A stretch of DNA of 47,763 nt. Source: Planctomycetaceae bacterium UBA4655. Lineage in GTDB: Bacteria; Planctomycetota; Planctomycetia; Pirellulales; UBA1268. The stretch spans positions 2,439 to 50,201 of the forward strand of contig DHLZ01000079.1 in the NCBI GenBank assembly GCA_002405515.1, read 5' to 3'. Position 1 is the first letter of the stretch. Each line of letters starts with the position of its first letter. Shown one piece after another: positions 9,068-18,066 of the stretch. The notes under the pieces were generated by a model. It saw nothing but the letters and a program-made list of their open reading frames with translations. It was not told where the DNA came from and made no database searches. Position numbers and translations under genes: made by a program.

Positions 9068-10605
9068 GCTCGTGATCCTTTCGTTGGCGGGGTTGACGTC
9101 TGGAATGCGTCCTTCGCAACCCGCTGGAGTGTGGTGCCCTTGAACCAGCGGAATGTGGCCCGCCGGGCCCGGATGCCAGCCGGAAGCCAGGCATCGGGAA
9201 GAAAGACCGCGGTCGCGGCAAAAACAGCCGCACAGACACCGGCCCTCAACGTCCAATCCATGATTCCGGGAGAAACATCGGCCAGGATCGACAGTCCTTC
9301 GCTCGCACCGATCAACGCCGCACCGATTCCATATCCGGGAATCGCCGCGACGAGCCGCTGAAGAAAGCTGCCCGCCAGCAGCCTGTCGGATGGTCCGCCG
9401 GGAAACGCCAGGGTCGCATAGTGTCCGGCCGCCACGACCGAGGCGATGACGACGACTCCGCTACTGGCACCCAGCATGAGCCCTCCGGCCATCAGCAGGA
9501 CGATCATCAAGTTCCGTCCGGTCAGATGCAGGATCGAACCGCGGGCATACGTGAAGCCGTCGAGATAGACGCGGGCCACGCGTGCCGGAAGAGACGAGGC
9601 CAGGATCGACAGCGGAACGACGACCGCGGTCCACTGGCCGCCCAGAAAAAGTGCGACGACGGCCTCCCTCATGGCGATCACGGCGGCCGACACGATCGCC
9701 GCAGCAAGCACGACCATCCGCAACCCGCCGAGAGTCGCACGCGCGGCAACCGCATCGTCGAGACTCCGCTGGGCGACAAAGGCCTGCCGGACCACGGAAT
9801 CGATGGCAGCGAACGGCTCCTTGAGTTGCGTCGTGATGTTGTACGCACGGCTGTAAATGCCGGCGTCGGCCGCCCCCAACGCGGAAACGGCGAACATCGT
9901 GTCGATGTTCGCCGTCAGCCACGCCAGCAACCGCGACGAAAACCCGAGCCCCCCCATCCGCCACGCACCGAGCATCCGCATCTGCATCGGTGGAAGAATC
10001 GGTATCCCGGCCGAAATGCTCCCCGCGACCGTCGTCGTGCCGAGCGACGCCAACTGCCCCCCAACCAAACTCCAGATGCCACATCCCGCCAGGGCCAGCG
10101 CGATCGAAACGGCCGCATGGACGATGCCCGAAAGCAGGACATAGCCGCCGACCTCGGCGTACCGATGTTGCCTCCGCAATAGGGCATAGCTGGCGGAAAT
10201 GAATGGCTGCAACAGGATTGCAAAACAGGACACGCGAAGAACCGGAGCGAGATCCGGCAGATTCATCACGGCTGCCAACCAGGGGGCGGACAACCACAAC
10301 CCGCACGCAACCGCCGCCATCAGGGCGACGCTCGCCCATATGAGGTTGGCCAGGTCGAGCCGCGACAGCGAGTCTTCGCGGATGACCGGCACGTCGATCA
10401 ACCCGTCGAGCACCGCGATCGCCAGCGGCAAGACCATGAAGGCGACGGCGAACAGGCCAAAGTCCTCCGGCGTCAGCAATCGCGCCAAGATCGCGACGCC
10501 CAACAGCCCAACGGCCATCCGGGCAAAGCGGCCGCCCAGCAGCCACGCCGTGCCGCGCAGAACCATCGCTCCGACGTGTTTGTCCGATCCACGGCTAAGC
10601 TGCAT
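9064..10605 (-). CDS. wzx: Wzx-type oligosaccharide flippase (MOP superfamily polysaccharide biosynthesis protein)
   Basis: 513-aa polytopic membrane protein. The N-terminus LRGTAWLLGGRFARMAVGLLGVAILARLLTPEDFGLFAV is typical of Wzx/RfbX. Its start overlaps the upstream gene stop by 11 nt. Confidence 0.85.
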   Translation of the reverse strand: MQLSRGSDKHVGAMVLRGTAWLLGGRFARMAVGLLGVAILARLLTPEDFGLFAVAFMVLPLAIAVLDGLIDVPVIREDSLSRLDLANLIWASVALMAAVACGLWLSAPWLAAVMNLPDLAPVLRVSCFAILLQPFISASYALLRRQHRYAEVGGYVLLSGIVHAAVSIALALAGCGIWSLVGGQLASLGTTTVAGSISAGIPILPPMQMRMLGAWRMGGLGFSSRLLAWLTANIDTMFAVSALGAADAGIYSRAYNITTQLKEPFAAIDSVVRQAFVAQRSLDDAVAARATLGGLRMVVLAAAIVSAAVIAMREAVVALFLGGQWTAVVVPLSILASSLPARVARVYLDGFTYARGSILHLTGRNLMIVLLMAGGLMLGASSGVVVIASVVAAGHYATLAFPGGPSDRLLAGSFLQRLVAAIPGYGIGAALIGASEGLSILADVSPGIMDWTLRAGVCAAVFAATAVFLPDAWLPAGIRARRATFRWFKGTTLQRVAKDAFQTSTPPTKGSRA

Positions 10606-12238
10606 GGCGTAGCCTGCCGCCGTTCAGCACGCTTTCAGCGAAAAACCGGCCGTAAAGGCGGAGCCCGTTGGCCAGCAATGCACGCTGACGCAGCGGATCG
10701 TCCGCATGCAGCGGAATCATCGACAGGAACAACGACACCATCGCCGCCATGACGGCACGATCGCGAAATTCGACACCCGCCACCTGGGCGGCCAGAAACT
10801 GGCCTTCGAGCCAATCCCGCAGGGGATCTTCTGGAATCGTCAGCGCGAAATCCGACCCGTCTCCCTCGTCTCGCAATCCTTCGCCCACGATTTGGTCGTA
10901 GCGGCCGACGATGCTGTGGCCCAACTTGGCGATATCGTAACGGATATCGCCATAAATCGTCGCTTCATCCCCGATCAAACCGCGAGGATCGATCAATTGA
11001 ATCCGATCGCTCCGCAGGTCGAACAGCATGTTTGAAAAACAAAAGTCGCCATGCATAATGCAAGCGGGGCGGTTCGGGGCCACTGCAATCTCCCGCTCCA
11101 ATACCGCTGCGATCGAATCCAGACTGCCCACGCCTCGGCCGTTGATCGTCAGGGACGTATCTCGCTGAGGCAACGTCGTGGGAAGCTGGCTCAATCGCTC
11201 GCGCAGCTTGCCCGAGACCAACCAATCGAGGGATGAGTCACGGCCGTGCCCGACATGCTCCGCGGCGAGAGTCAAATACTCGAGGCACGAGTCCAAGATG
11301 CGCCGCCAAACGAACCTGGAAGACCTCGCCAAATAGAGCTCGGATACCGTCGGATAACTCGTGTACAGCGTCCGGTACTCGCCGGACACGGCTGCGGCAG
11401 GATCTTCGATCAGCCTGACGGTGAAAGGCTGCAGGTCGGCTGGCACGGACCGCAACCAATTTGCTTCCGCATCGATTTTCCGGCGATCGTGGCTGCGCTT
11501 GCGGACAACGCCCCCATCGACGCCAATCGCGTTGAAGTGCCGTGCAGAGGCCAGACTGCGTCGCGATGCATAGAAGGTCTTCAAATGCCCGCAATCCAGG
11601 GTCTGCAGATGGGTCTGCGGCCGCACGCGAGTCTCCCGGCAATAGGCGTCGAGTGCCCGCGTGAACGAGAACTCCCTCGCTGCAAGACACTTGAGCAGCC
11701 GCCACGGCTCGCGAATCGCAAAGTAACCCGACAGGATCTGCGAGTTCGCGGTGATCGCGTCGCTACGGTCCGCGTCGCGAACACCGCTAATCAGCATTCC
11801 GTCAGCATCGACGACCCCCCAACGATACTGCTCTGTCACCGGTCCGACGGACCATGCGTCCTCGGCCGGATTCTCCGGGGTGATCGCCAACGTATCGCCG
11901 TGCAGAATTTCGAGCGGCTTGTCGGGGCCGATTTCCAGGACAGAGTGGAATACCGACAGGCCGAGCGAAGTGCGCGGATCGACGAAAACGGTTCGCACGC
12001 CGCCGCTTTCCAGAATGCGCCGTTGCGGTTCGGTAATTCCGTAATCCTGAGGCAAAGACAGCCATTTATTCTTCCGATCCGCAATCTGTGACAATTGGTG
12101 CTGGATGACGAAGGCCGCACCGATCGGCAAAAACGCTGGCGGAATCCGGCCGAATTCGGCCTGCATTTCCTCGCCGATATAGCCGCCGGACGTGATCAAC
12201 GTATTCCATTCATGTTCCATGGGAATCGGACTCCCCAC
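10595..12238 (-). CDS. Bifunctional-looking protein: N-terminal nucleotidyltransferase-like (GT-A fold) domain plus C-terminal APH/choline-kinase-family phosphotransferase
   Basis: N-terminal part: TLITSGGYIGEE..FGRIPPAFLPIGAAFVIQHQL. This has an NTP-transferase-like layout without a canonical GxGxR loop. C-terminal part carries the Brenner motif CIMHGDFCFSNMLFD and the Mg-binding block IQLIDPRGLIGDEATIYGDIRYDIAKL. Confidence 0.7.
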   Translation of the reverse strand: MGSPIPMEHEWNTLITSGGYIGEEMQAEFGRIPPAFLPIGAAFVIQHQLSQIADRKNKWLSLPQDYGITEPQRRILESGGVRTVFVDPRTSLGLSVFHSVLEIGPDKPLEILHGDTLAITPENPAEDAWSVGPVTEQYRWGVVDADGMLISGVRDADRSDAITANSQILSGYFAIREPWRLLKCLAAREFSFTRALDAYCRETRVRPQTHLQTLDCGHLKTFYASRRSLASARHFNAIGVDGGVVRKRSHDRRKIDAEANWLRSVPADLQPFTVRLIEDPAAAVSGEYRTLYTSYPTVSELYLARSSRFVWRRILDSCLEYLTLAAEHVGHGRDSSLDWLVSGKLRERLSQLPTTLPQRDTSLTINGRGVGSLDSIAAVLEREIAVAPNRPACIMHGDFCFSNMLFDLRSDRIQLIDPRGLIGDEATIYGDIRYDIAKLGHSIVGRYDQIVGEGLRDEGDGSDFALTIPEDPLRDWLEGQFLAAQVAGVEFRDRAVMAAMVSLFLSMIPLHADDPLRQRALLANGLRLYGRFFAESVLNGGRLRHAA

Positions 12239-12653
12239 ATGAGATGGTCGCCCTCAGCGTGTCCATCGGCAGCGCCAGGAATTGGTCGGGCCGCATGCTC
12301 CGCAATTTCACATAAAAACCCTCGTGACCGCACCAGGGCTTGCCCATGTGGATTTCGTCGTAGCGCACGCCATGCTTGGCCAGCCACGCGATCAATACGG
12401 GCAGCGTATGTTTGTTGATGAGGCCGATGTTGCCAGCGTAGGTTCGCATGTTGCGCGCGCTGTACAAGACGATCCGCACACCAGCCGCATGTAAGGCGTT
12501 GACTCGCTCTATCACGTCGCTGCGAGGCTCCTTCGCGGTGTAGTCGAGACTCGAATTGTCGATCGTCAGCGTGCCATCGACATCGACGATGAGCCGCGGC
12601 ACCTCCGTCTCGCCTTCCTGTCGTGTGATGCTGACGGACATCTCAGGCTGCAC
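12210..12653 (-). CDS. HAD-superfamily phosphatase (capsule-locus type, subfamily IIIC-like)
   Basis: HAD motif I is LIVDVDGTLT. Further motifs: VLYSARN and IHMGKP. This resembles, from memory, the EcbF/BcbF capsule biosynthesis phosphatase subfamily. The start is 12653 or 12641. Confidence 0.7.
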   Translation of the reverse strand: MQPEMSVSITRQEGETEVPRLIVDVDGTLTIDNSSLDYTAKEPRSDVIERVNALHAAGVRIVLYSARNMRTYAGNIGLINKHTLPVLIAWLAKHGVRYDEIHMGKPWCGHEGFYVKLRSMRPDQFLALPMDTLRATISCGESDSHGT

Positions 12654-13383
12654 CTTTCCAAGGCTGAGGAGCCGGGATCAGCGCCTCATATTCGTGCGGC
12701 AGTCCGCAATGAACCAGATCCTCCGCCGCAACCGTCCCGTATCCGATGCGATGACCGGACGCGATGAGGTGGTTGTAGATCGGAGCGACATAGAGTTCCG
12801 GCGCGCTGGGGCGGGACCGCTCCTGCATCAGAGCACTGCGAAACAAGTCGCTGGAGGAAAAATGATAGAGGCCCGTGCAGCATAGATCGCTGATCGGAAT
12901 TTTTTCCGCAGTCTTCGCGGCGATCCCCGGTTCGCCCTCCTCGGGCAGCACGAACGACCAGTTGTCGCCCGCTCCCTTGAACACCTCGAGCCATCCCGCA
13001 AGACCGTCCTGGATGGGAAACGGCGATGCTGTGGGATTTCGAAAAGTATCGATGTTGAAGATCGTCAGCGGCGCCTCCGGCGGCGTTCCCGAAGCCGCAA
13101 GTCCCATTTCGACGGTTTCCGCCTGCCCTGCCGTAGGGGCGACGAGTTCGGTAAACAACGCTCGCCGGATTCCCAAGGCAGCCGCCCGCTCCGTCAAAAA
13201 CGTCTTCACGCCGCCGGTTTCCCGGTAGATGAACAAAAAGGGTTGGGTCTCAAAACTCGGCTGAAAGCTCGAAACAGCGAAATCGAAAACCGTGCCGCCC
13301 CACAGCGGCAGCATGTATTTCGGAAGGGTGTATCCCTTCTGCGTGAACCTGTTGCTCAGGCCGGCCATGGGGAAAATGATCAT
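12643..13383 (-). CDS. Nucleotidyltransferase-like (GT-A fold) capsule biosynthesis protein
   Basis: The start MIIFPMAGLSNRFTQKGYTLPKYMLPL (ATG at 13383) forms an ATGA overlap with the upstream stop. The PMAGxSxRF...PKYML pattern corresponds to the nucleotide-binding loop of sugar-phosphate nucleotidyltransferases. Confidence 0.65.
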   Translation of the reverse strand: MIIFPMAGLSNRFTQKGYTLPKYMLPLWGGTVFDFAVSSFQPSFETQPFLFIYRETGGVKTFLTERAAALGIRRALFTELVAPTAGQAETVEMGLAASGTPPEAPLTIFNIDTFRNPTASPFPIQDGLAGWLEVFKGAGDNWSFVLPEEGEPGIAAKTAEKIPISDLCCTGLYHFSSSDLFRSALMQERSRPSAPELYVAPIYNHLIASGHRIGYGTVAAEDLVHCGLPHEYEALIPAPQPWKGAA

Positions 13384-13718
13384 GCAGCGTCCAGCTTTTG
13401 GCGGATCTGATCGTAACTGTGGGCAAGAAACTCTTCGGGTGTGATCGCCTTGTCGTCGAGTGTCCATGCCTCCAAGCCTGTGGACGGCTTGCCGAAGACG
13501 ACGGAATCGCAGATCGAAGCCAAGGAGCCGATTTCAGCCGCCCAATCCTGAACCTTCGATGTGGCGAGGTTCGGACCATCGTGGCCGGCGGAAAGAACGA
13601 TCGAGAACCCATCCCTGCGATACGATGCGATGGTGTCGCGAAACGCCGGGCCATCGCGCCGAAGCGAGGCACGCACGTCCTCAAGATCCAAAACGACGAT
13701 TTGCATCAGGTGTTCCAC
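13380..13718 (-). CDS. Small HAD-like protein, divergent paralogue of the 12210-12653 phosphatase
   Basis: MQIVVLDLEDV occupies the motif I position (D-x-E instead of D-x-D). Also SIVLSAGHD and VVFGKP, which mirror VLYSARN and IHMGKP in the neighbouring gene. It is the first gene of the minus-strand operon. Confidence 0.5.
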   Translation of the reverse strand: MEHLMQIVVLDLEDVRASLRRDGPAFRDTIASYRRDGFSIVLSAGHDGPNLATSKVQDWAAEIGSLASICDSVVFGKPSTGLEAWTLDDKAITPEEFLAHSYDQIRQKLDAA

Positions 13719-14014
13719 CGCTCACGAACGGTCAAAAAAACTCGTGGCCGAAGGTTCGGTTTGCCTGTGTCCCATGCGTGCCTGTGTGCGGACTACGAAA
13801 GGACGCGGGAAACACACATGCTGCAAGCCATGGGCGTGCCGGACTCTGGGAAATTCAGCGTGGTGATTACGCTCGCGAGGGCAGACGGGTCAATGGCACA
13901 TTCGCAACCATTACGTGTCACTGAGCGACCCGCGGGGCGGAAGACGCCCCCCCCGACGGAAGGGATGTGCTGGTTGGACAAGCCTTGACGGGGAAGCGAA
14001 GACGCCGGGGAAAA
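13719..14014. promoter_or_regulatory. Divergent intergenic region between operon A (minus) and operon B (plus); presumed promoters
   Basis: About 300 bp non-coding spacer between divergently oriented first genes. It is locally A/T-richer (e.g. GGTCAAAAAAACTCG near 13730). No specific -35/-10 elements could be assigned. Confidence 0.35.
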
Positions 14015-16037
14015 ATGCGACCGGATCCCAGGCCGATCCGCGAACCCTGCGCGTCCGGCAAGTGGCAACGGCCGACCTCGTTTGCTTCAAAGGGCCGCCC
14101 GGCGCGAGCCGAAAAGCCTCAAGTGCATACTCACTCGAACCCCCTCTATCGCCCCGAAATCGACGGCCTGCGGGCCTTGTCGCTCGTGGGCGTGTTGCTC
14201 TTTCACGCTCGGTTCGGGATTCTGCCCGGCGGGTACGTGGGAGTGGACGTCTTCTTCGTGATCAGCGGCTACCTGATCACGTCGATCATCGCCCGCGATC
14301 TCGATTCGAACACCTTCTCGTTCCTGTCCTTCTACGAGCGACGGGCGCGTCGCATTCTCCCGGCGCTCGCCGCCATGCTCGTCCTGTGCTACCTGCCGGC
14401 GGCGTGGCTGCTCATGCCCGGAGATTTCGTCGATTTCGCCAAGTCCGCGTGTGCCGCGGTGCTTTCCCTGTCGAACTTCTGGTTTTTTCTCGTGAACGGC
14501 GATTACTTTCGACCGATGGCGGAGCGACAACCGCTCCTGCACACGTGGAGCCTTGCGGTCGAAGAGCAGTTTTACGCCTTGTTTCCGCTCGTGATGGTCA
14601 TCCTGTGGCGAAGGGGCCGTCGAGCGGTCCTGGCGACGCTGTTTGGGATGACGTTGATCTCATTCGCGTTGAGCGAGTGGTGGATGCGGGCAGGAGGGCG
14701 GCCGGGGGCCACGTTTTTCCTTCCGCCCTTTCGGGCATGGGAGCTTTTGATCGGGTCGCTCGTCGCGATGCTTCCGGCAGCCGCTCTCGAGCGGCTGCGG
14801 ACGAGGCGGTTCGTCGGAGATTCGGTCTGCGGGGCCGGGCTGGCAATCATCGTCGGCTGCATGCTTTGCTACGACGATGAGACGACATTCCCCGGCGTCG
14901 CCGCCCTCGTGCCGACCGTCGGTGCGGCGGTCGTGATCGCTTTCGCCGACCGACACACGTTCGTCGGTCGCCTGCTCGCTCATCCCCTTCCTGTCGGGAT
15001 CGGCCTCATTTCCTACAGCTCGTATCTCGTGCATCAGCCCTTGTTCGCGTTCACGAGAATCGCCGTGGAAAGGAAGCTCGACGCCGTCGAAAGCGGTCTG
15101 GTTCTCGTGGCTTCGATCGCGCTGGGGTATCTCGGTTGGAGGTTCATCGAGCAGCCGTTCCGAAACCGAGAGCGGATCGGCGGGCGGGCGATGCTCGCCG
15201 CCGGGGGAGGCATTACGGTCGTCATCGCCGTGGTCTCGTGGGTCATTTTTCTGGGCGGCGGCATCCCGGAACGCTTTTCCCGAAAGCGACCGGCAACTGG
15301 CCCTCGACCTCGACCGGACCTCGGCAGGCCAGTATGTCACGAAGCGATTTCGTGAGTGGCAGCACCATTTGCGGCCCTTCGATGACGACGGTCGCCCGAG
15401 GCTGCTGGTCATCGGCGACAGCTACGCGCAGGACTTCATGAACTGCCTGGACGAAAGCAACGCCCTGAAGCAGTTCCAGGTTCGCACGATCTACATTCCG
15501 GCGAGACGACAGCTTTACATCGGCGACGAAAACCCGCTCCAATTCGTTCCGCCCGATCAACGGGCCTGGGTCGCCCGAGATCCGGACCTGCGGGGCTGCC
15601 TGCCTGCCATCGGCGAGGCGGACCTGATCGTCCTGGCCAGCAGATGGGAGCAGTGGACGGCGGAGCGATTGCCCGGAACGCTCGAGCGAATCCCGTTGCG
15701 GCCCAACCAACGACTGGTCGTGGTCGGCACCAAGTGTTTCGAGCCTCCGAGGCCCCTCACTTACATGCGGATTCCGCCATCGGAGCGACAGGCGATGCGA
15801 GCCAGGATCGCCGAGTCTTTCCGTCGAGTGAACGAGACCCTGAAGGCGGCGGCTCCGCCCGACGTGTTTCTCGACCTGCAGTCCATCATCTGCGATGCCA
15901 GGGGAGACGTCATCCTGTTCAACGACAGTGGCAGGGCTCTCTCGTACGACGGGTTCCACCTCACGCGGGAGGGGGCACGATGGATCGGCCGTCGCGTCTG
16001 CGAGTCGGCCCCGTTGAGCGAGGTCGTGACGAAGTAG
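14015..16037 (+). CDS. OafA/YrhL-type O-acyltransferase (acyltransferase-3 membrane domain fused to SGNH domain); frame broken by a 1-nt insertion at 15275-15281
   Basis: AT3 motifs: YRPEIDGLRALSLVGVLLFH, VDVFFVISGYLIT, LLHTWSLAVEEQFY. SGNH motifs appear in ORF 15369-16037: LLVIGDSYAQ (block I) and YDGFHLTREGA (block V). Deleting one base from the TTTTCCC run joins ..GGGIPERF to PESDRQLALDL.. in a single frame. The start is the ATG at 14015 or the GTG at 14123. Confidence 0.8.
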
Positions 16038-16213
16038 CGGCGGCTCCGGGAGCCAAACCAGCCCTGCCTGCTTTTTCGTTTCGTCCCCGGGAAAACCCGT
16101 TCAAAGACCCCTTGCCGCGGCCTCGGCCACTTCCTAACGTCCCGCCCGTTCTCGGCGGAGCTGATTGGCACCTCCTCCGAGACTCGACCCACTCGCCCGG
16201 GAGCTCCAGGATC

Positions 16214-17599
16214 ATGGCCCAGTTCACGTCGAGTACCACCTCGGAATCCACCGCCATCCAAGCCGCTCCCGCATCCCTCCCGCCGACCGGAGCGATCCCA
16301 TCGCCGACTCGCCCGCAGCCGCGGACGACCCGCTACGACACCGCCGTCGTCGGCCTCGGCTACGTGGGCCTTCCGCTCTGCTTGGCGTTCGCCCGTGCCG
16401 GCGCCTCGGCCCTCGGCATCGACACCGACCGCACGAAGGTGTCCGCCTTGGCCGCGGGCCGCTCCTACATCAAGCACATCGCCGCCAGCGACGTGGCTGC
16501 CGCGACCGCCGGACGCCGTTTCCACGCGACGACCGAGTTTCGCGAGGCTTCCGAGGCCGATTCCGTGCTCATCTGCGTGCCGACGCCCCTCACCGCCAAT
16601 CGCACGCCCGATCTCTCCTACGTCGCCAACACGGCCCGATCGCTCGCACCGCACCTTCGTCGCGGGCAGCTGGTCGTGCTCGAATCGACGACCTATCCCG
16701 GCACGACGGAAGAGGTCGTGAAGCCGATCCTCGAGCAGGGAAGCGGCCTCGTCGCGGGGCGGGACTTCCATCTCGCGTTCTCGCCGGAAAGGGAGGACCC
16801 GGGCAACCCTCGCAGCCGGCTCTCGGAGGTGCCGAAGGTCGTCGGCGGCCTCACGCCCGCCTGTCGCGATCGTGCGGCCGACCTCTACCGCCGGATCGTC
16901 AAGGACGTCGTGCCGGTCTCGAGTTGCGGCGTCGCCGAGGCCACGAAGCTCACGGAAAACATCTTCCGGGCGGTGAACATCGCGCTGGTCAACGAGCTCA
17001 AGATGATCTACTCCCAAATGGGGATCGACGTCTGGGAGGTGATCAACGCCGCGGCGACGAAGCCTTTCGGCTACATGCCCTTCTATCCCGGCCCGGGCCT
17101 GGGCGGCCACTGCATCCCCATCGACCCGTTCTACCTCACCTGGAAGGCGCTCGAGTACGGGCAGCGGACACGGCTCATCGAACTGGCCGGCGAGATCAAC
17201 ACGGCGATGCCGGAGTACGTGGTCGCCAGGGTGATCGATGCGCTCAACGATGCCGGCAAGCCGGTGCGAGGCTCGCGGGTGCTGCTCCTCGGGCTCGCCT
17301 ACAAGGCGAACGTGGACGACGACCGCGAGTCGCCCAGCTACGAGATCATGAAGCTTCTGGAGAAGCGGGGCGCCGTCGTCGCCTACAACGATCCGCACGT
17401 GCCGGTGATCCTCGCCGGTCGCAGCCATCACGACGTTGCGGGCCGAATGTCACTTCCGATCACCGGCGACCACGACGTCATGGTTCTCTGCACGGCCCAC
17501 GAGGAATACCGCGGCTTCGACTTCGCGAAGCTCGGCGTGCCGCTGGTGGACTGCCGCAACTTCGCCACCCTCCGGCCCGCCGCTTACCACCGGGCCTGA
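16214..17599 (+). CDS. NAD-dependent nucleotide-sugar dehydrogenase (UDP-ManNAc / UDP-GlcNAc 6-dehydrogenase type, WecC/WbpA/TviB-like)
   Basis: ATG at 16214 (MAQFTSS). Motifs: VVGLGYVGLPLCLAFA, ICVPTPL, ESTTYPGTTEE, FSPEREDPGN, GGHCIPIDP. The upstream 190 codons in the ORF track are non-homologous. Confidence 0.9.
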   Translation: MAQFTSSTTSESTAIQAAPASLPPTGAIPSPTRPQPRTTRYDTAVVGLGYVGLPLCLAFARAGASALGIDTDRTKVSALAAGRSYIKHIAASDVAAATAGRRFHATTEFREASEADSVLICVPTPLTANRTPDLSYVANTARSLAPHLRRGQLVVLESTTYPGTTEEVVKPILEQGSGLVAGRDFHLAFSPEREDPGNPRSRLSEVPKVVGGLTPACRDRAADLYRRIVKDVVPVSSCGVAEATKLTENIFRAVNIALVNELKMIYSQMGIDVWEVINAAATKPFGYMPFYPGPGLGGHCIPIDPFYLTWKALEYGQRTRLIELAGEINTAMPEYVVARVIDALNDAGKPVRGSRVLLLGLAYKANVDDDRESPSYEIMKLLEKRGAVVAYNDPHVPVILAGRSHHDVAGRMSLPITGDHDVMVLCTAHEEYRGFDFAKLGVPLVDCRNFATLRPAAYHRA

Positions 17600-18066
17600 G
17601 CCTTCGCGCGGTCGAATCGCGGGGGCCGCTGCGGCCCGATTCCCACCCCGGCCGATCGGGACCGGGTGATGGATGCCGTTGCAGCCTCCCGCGGGCTCGA
17701 GGGCGTCTCACCATTCCGTGCGGGGCGTCCCCATCCTGGTGAGAACCCCGTTTTTCCCGGAAAAACCGGCCTCTTGAGGCCCGCCGGGCCACCGGCCAGC
17801 CATCTGAGCGGTGGATCGCGTCACCGAGTTGGTGAGCCGCCCCCGCCGCCGCCCGTCGCCGTCATGCGTCGAACGCGGCCCGGAAATCAGCTGTTTTTCC
17901 CGGCAAATCCTGCCGGCTGAAAATTTTTTCTCTCCTCAGCGACGAGTGGCACGCCGAGTGCCTTTCTCCTTCCCGTCGCGACGTGCGACGCAGACCACGC
18001 GATGCGGTAAGCGGCCTCGGGCCAAACCGCTTCGGTGGCGTGGATCAATCAGCGAGGAGGTGCGTG

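Noticed and set aside
15644-16213. N-terminal extensions offered by the ORF track, here and at 41393-41860, 46960-47148, 24103-24228, 37784-37909, 1221-1421 and 17983-18066
   Set aside because: The extensions are Arg/Pro-rich or lack homology. Internal ATG/GTG starts coincide with family N-termini, Shine-Dalgarno sequences, signal peptides or overlaps with upstream stops.
17881-17971. Two small hairpins in the wecC-like / receiver intergenic region, considered as terminators: CCGGCA-AATCC-TGCCGG (17900-17916) and GGCAC-GCCGA-GTGCC (17948-17962), near T-rich stretches
   Set aside because: The stems are only 5-6 bp. The T6 run is 7 nt away from the first stem, and the second is followed by a TC-rich rather than U-rich tract. 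This is too weak to call.
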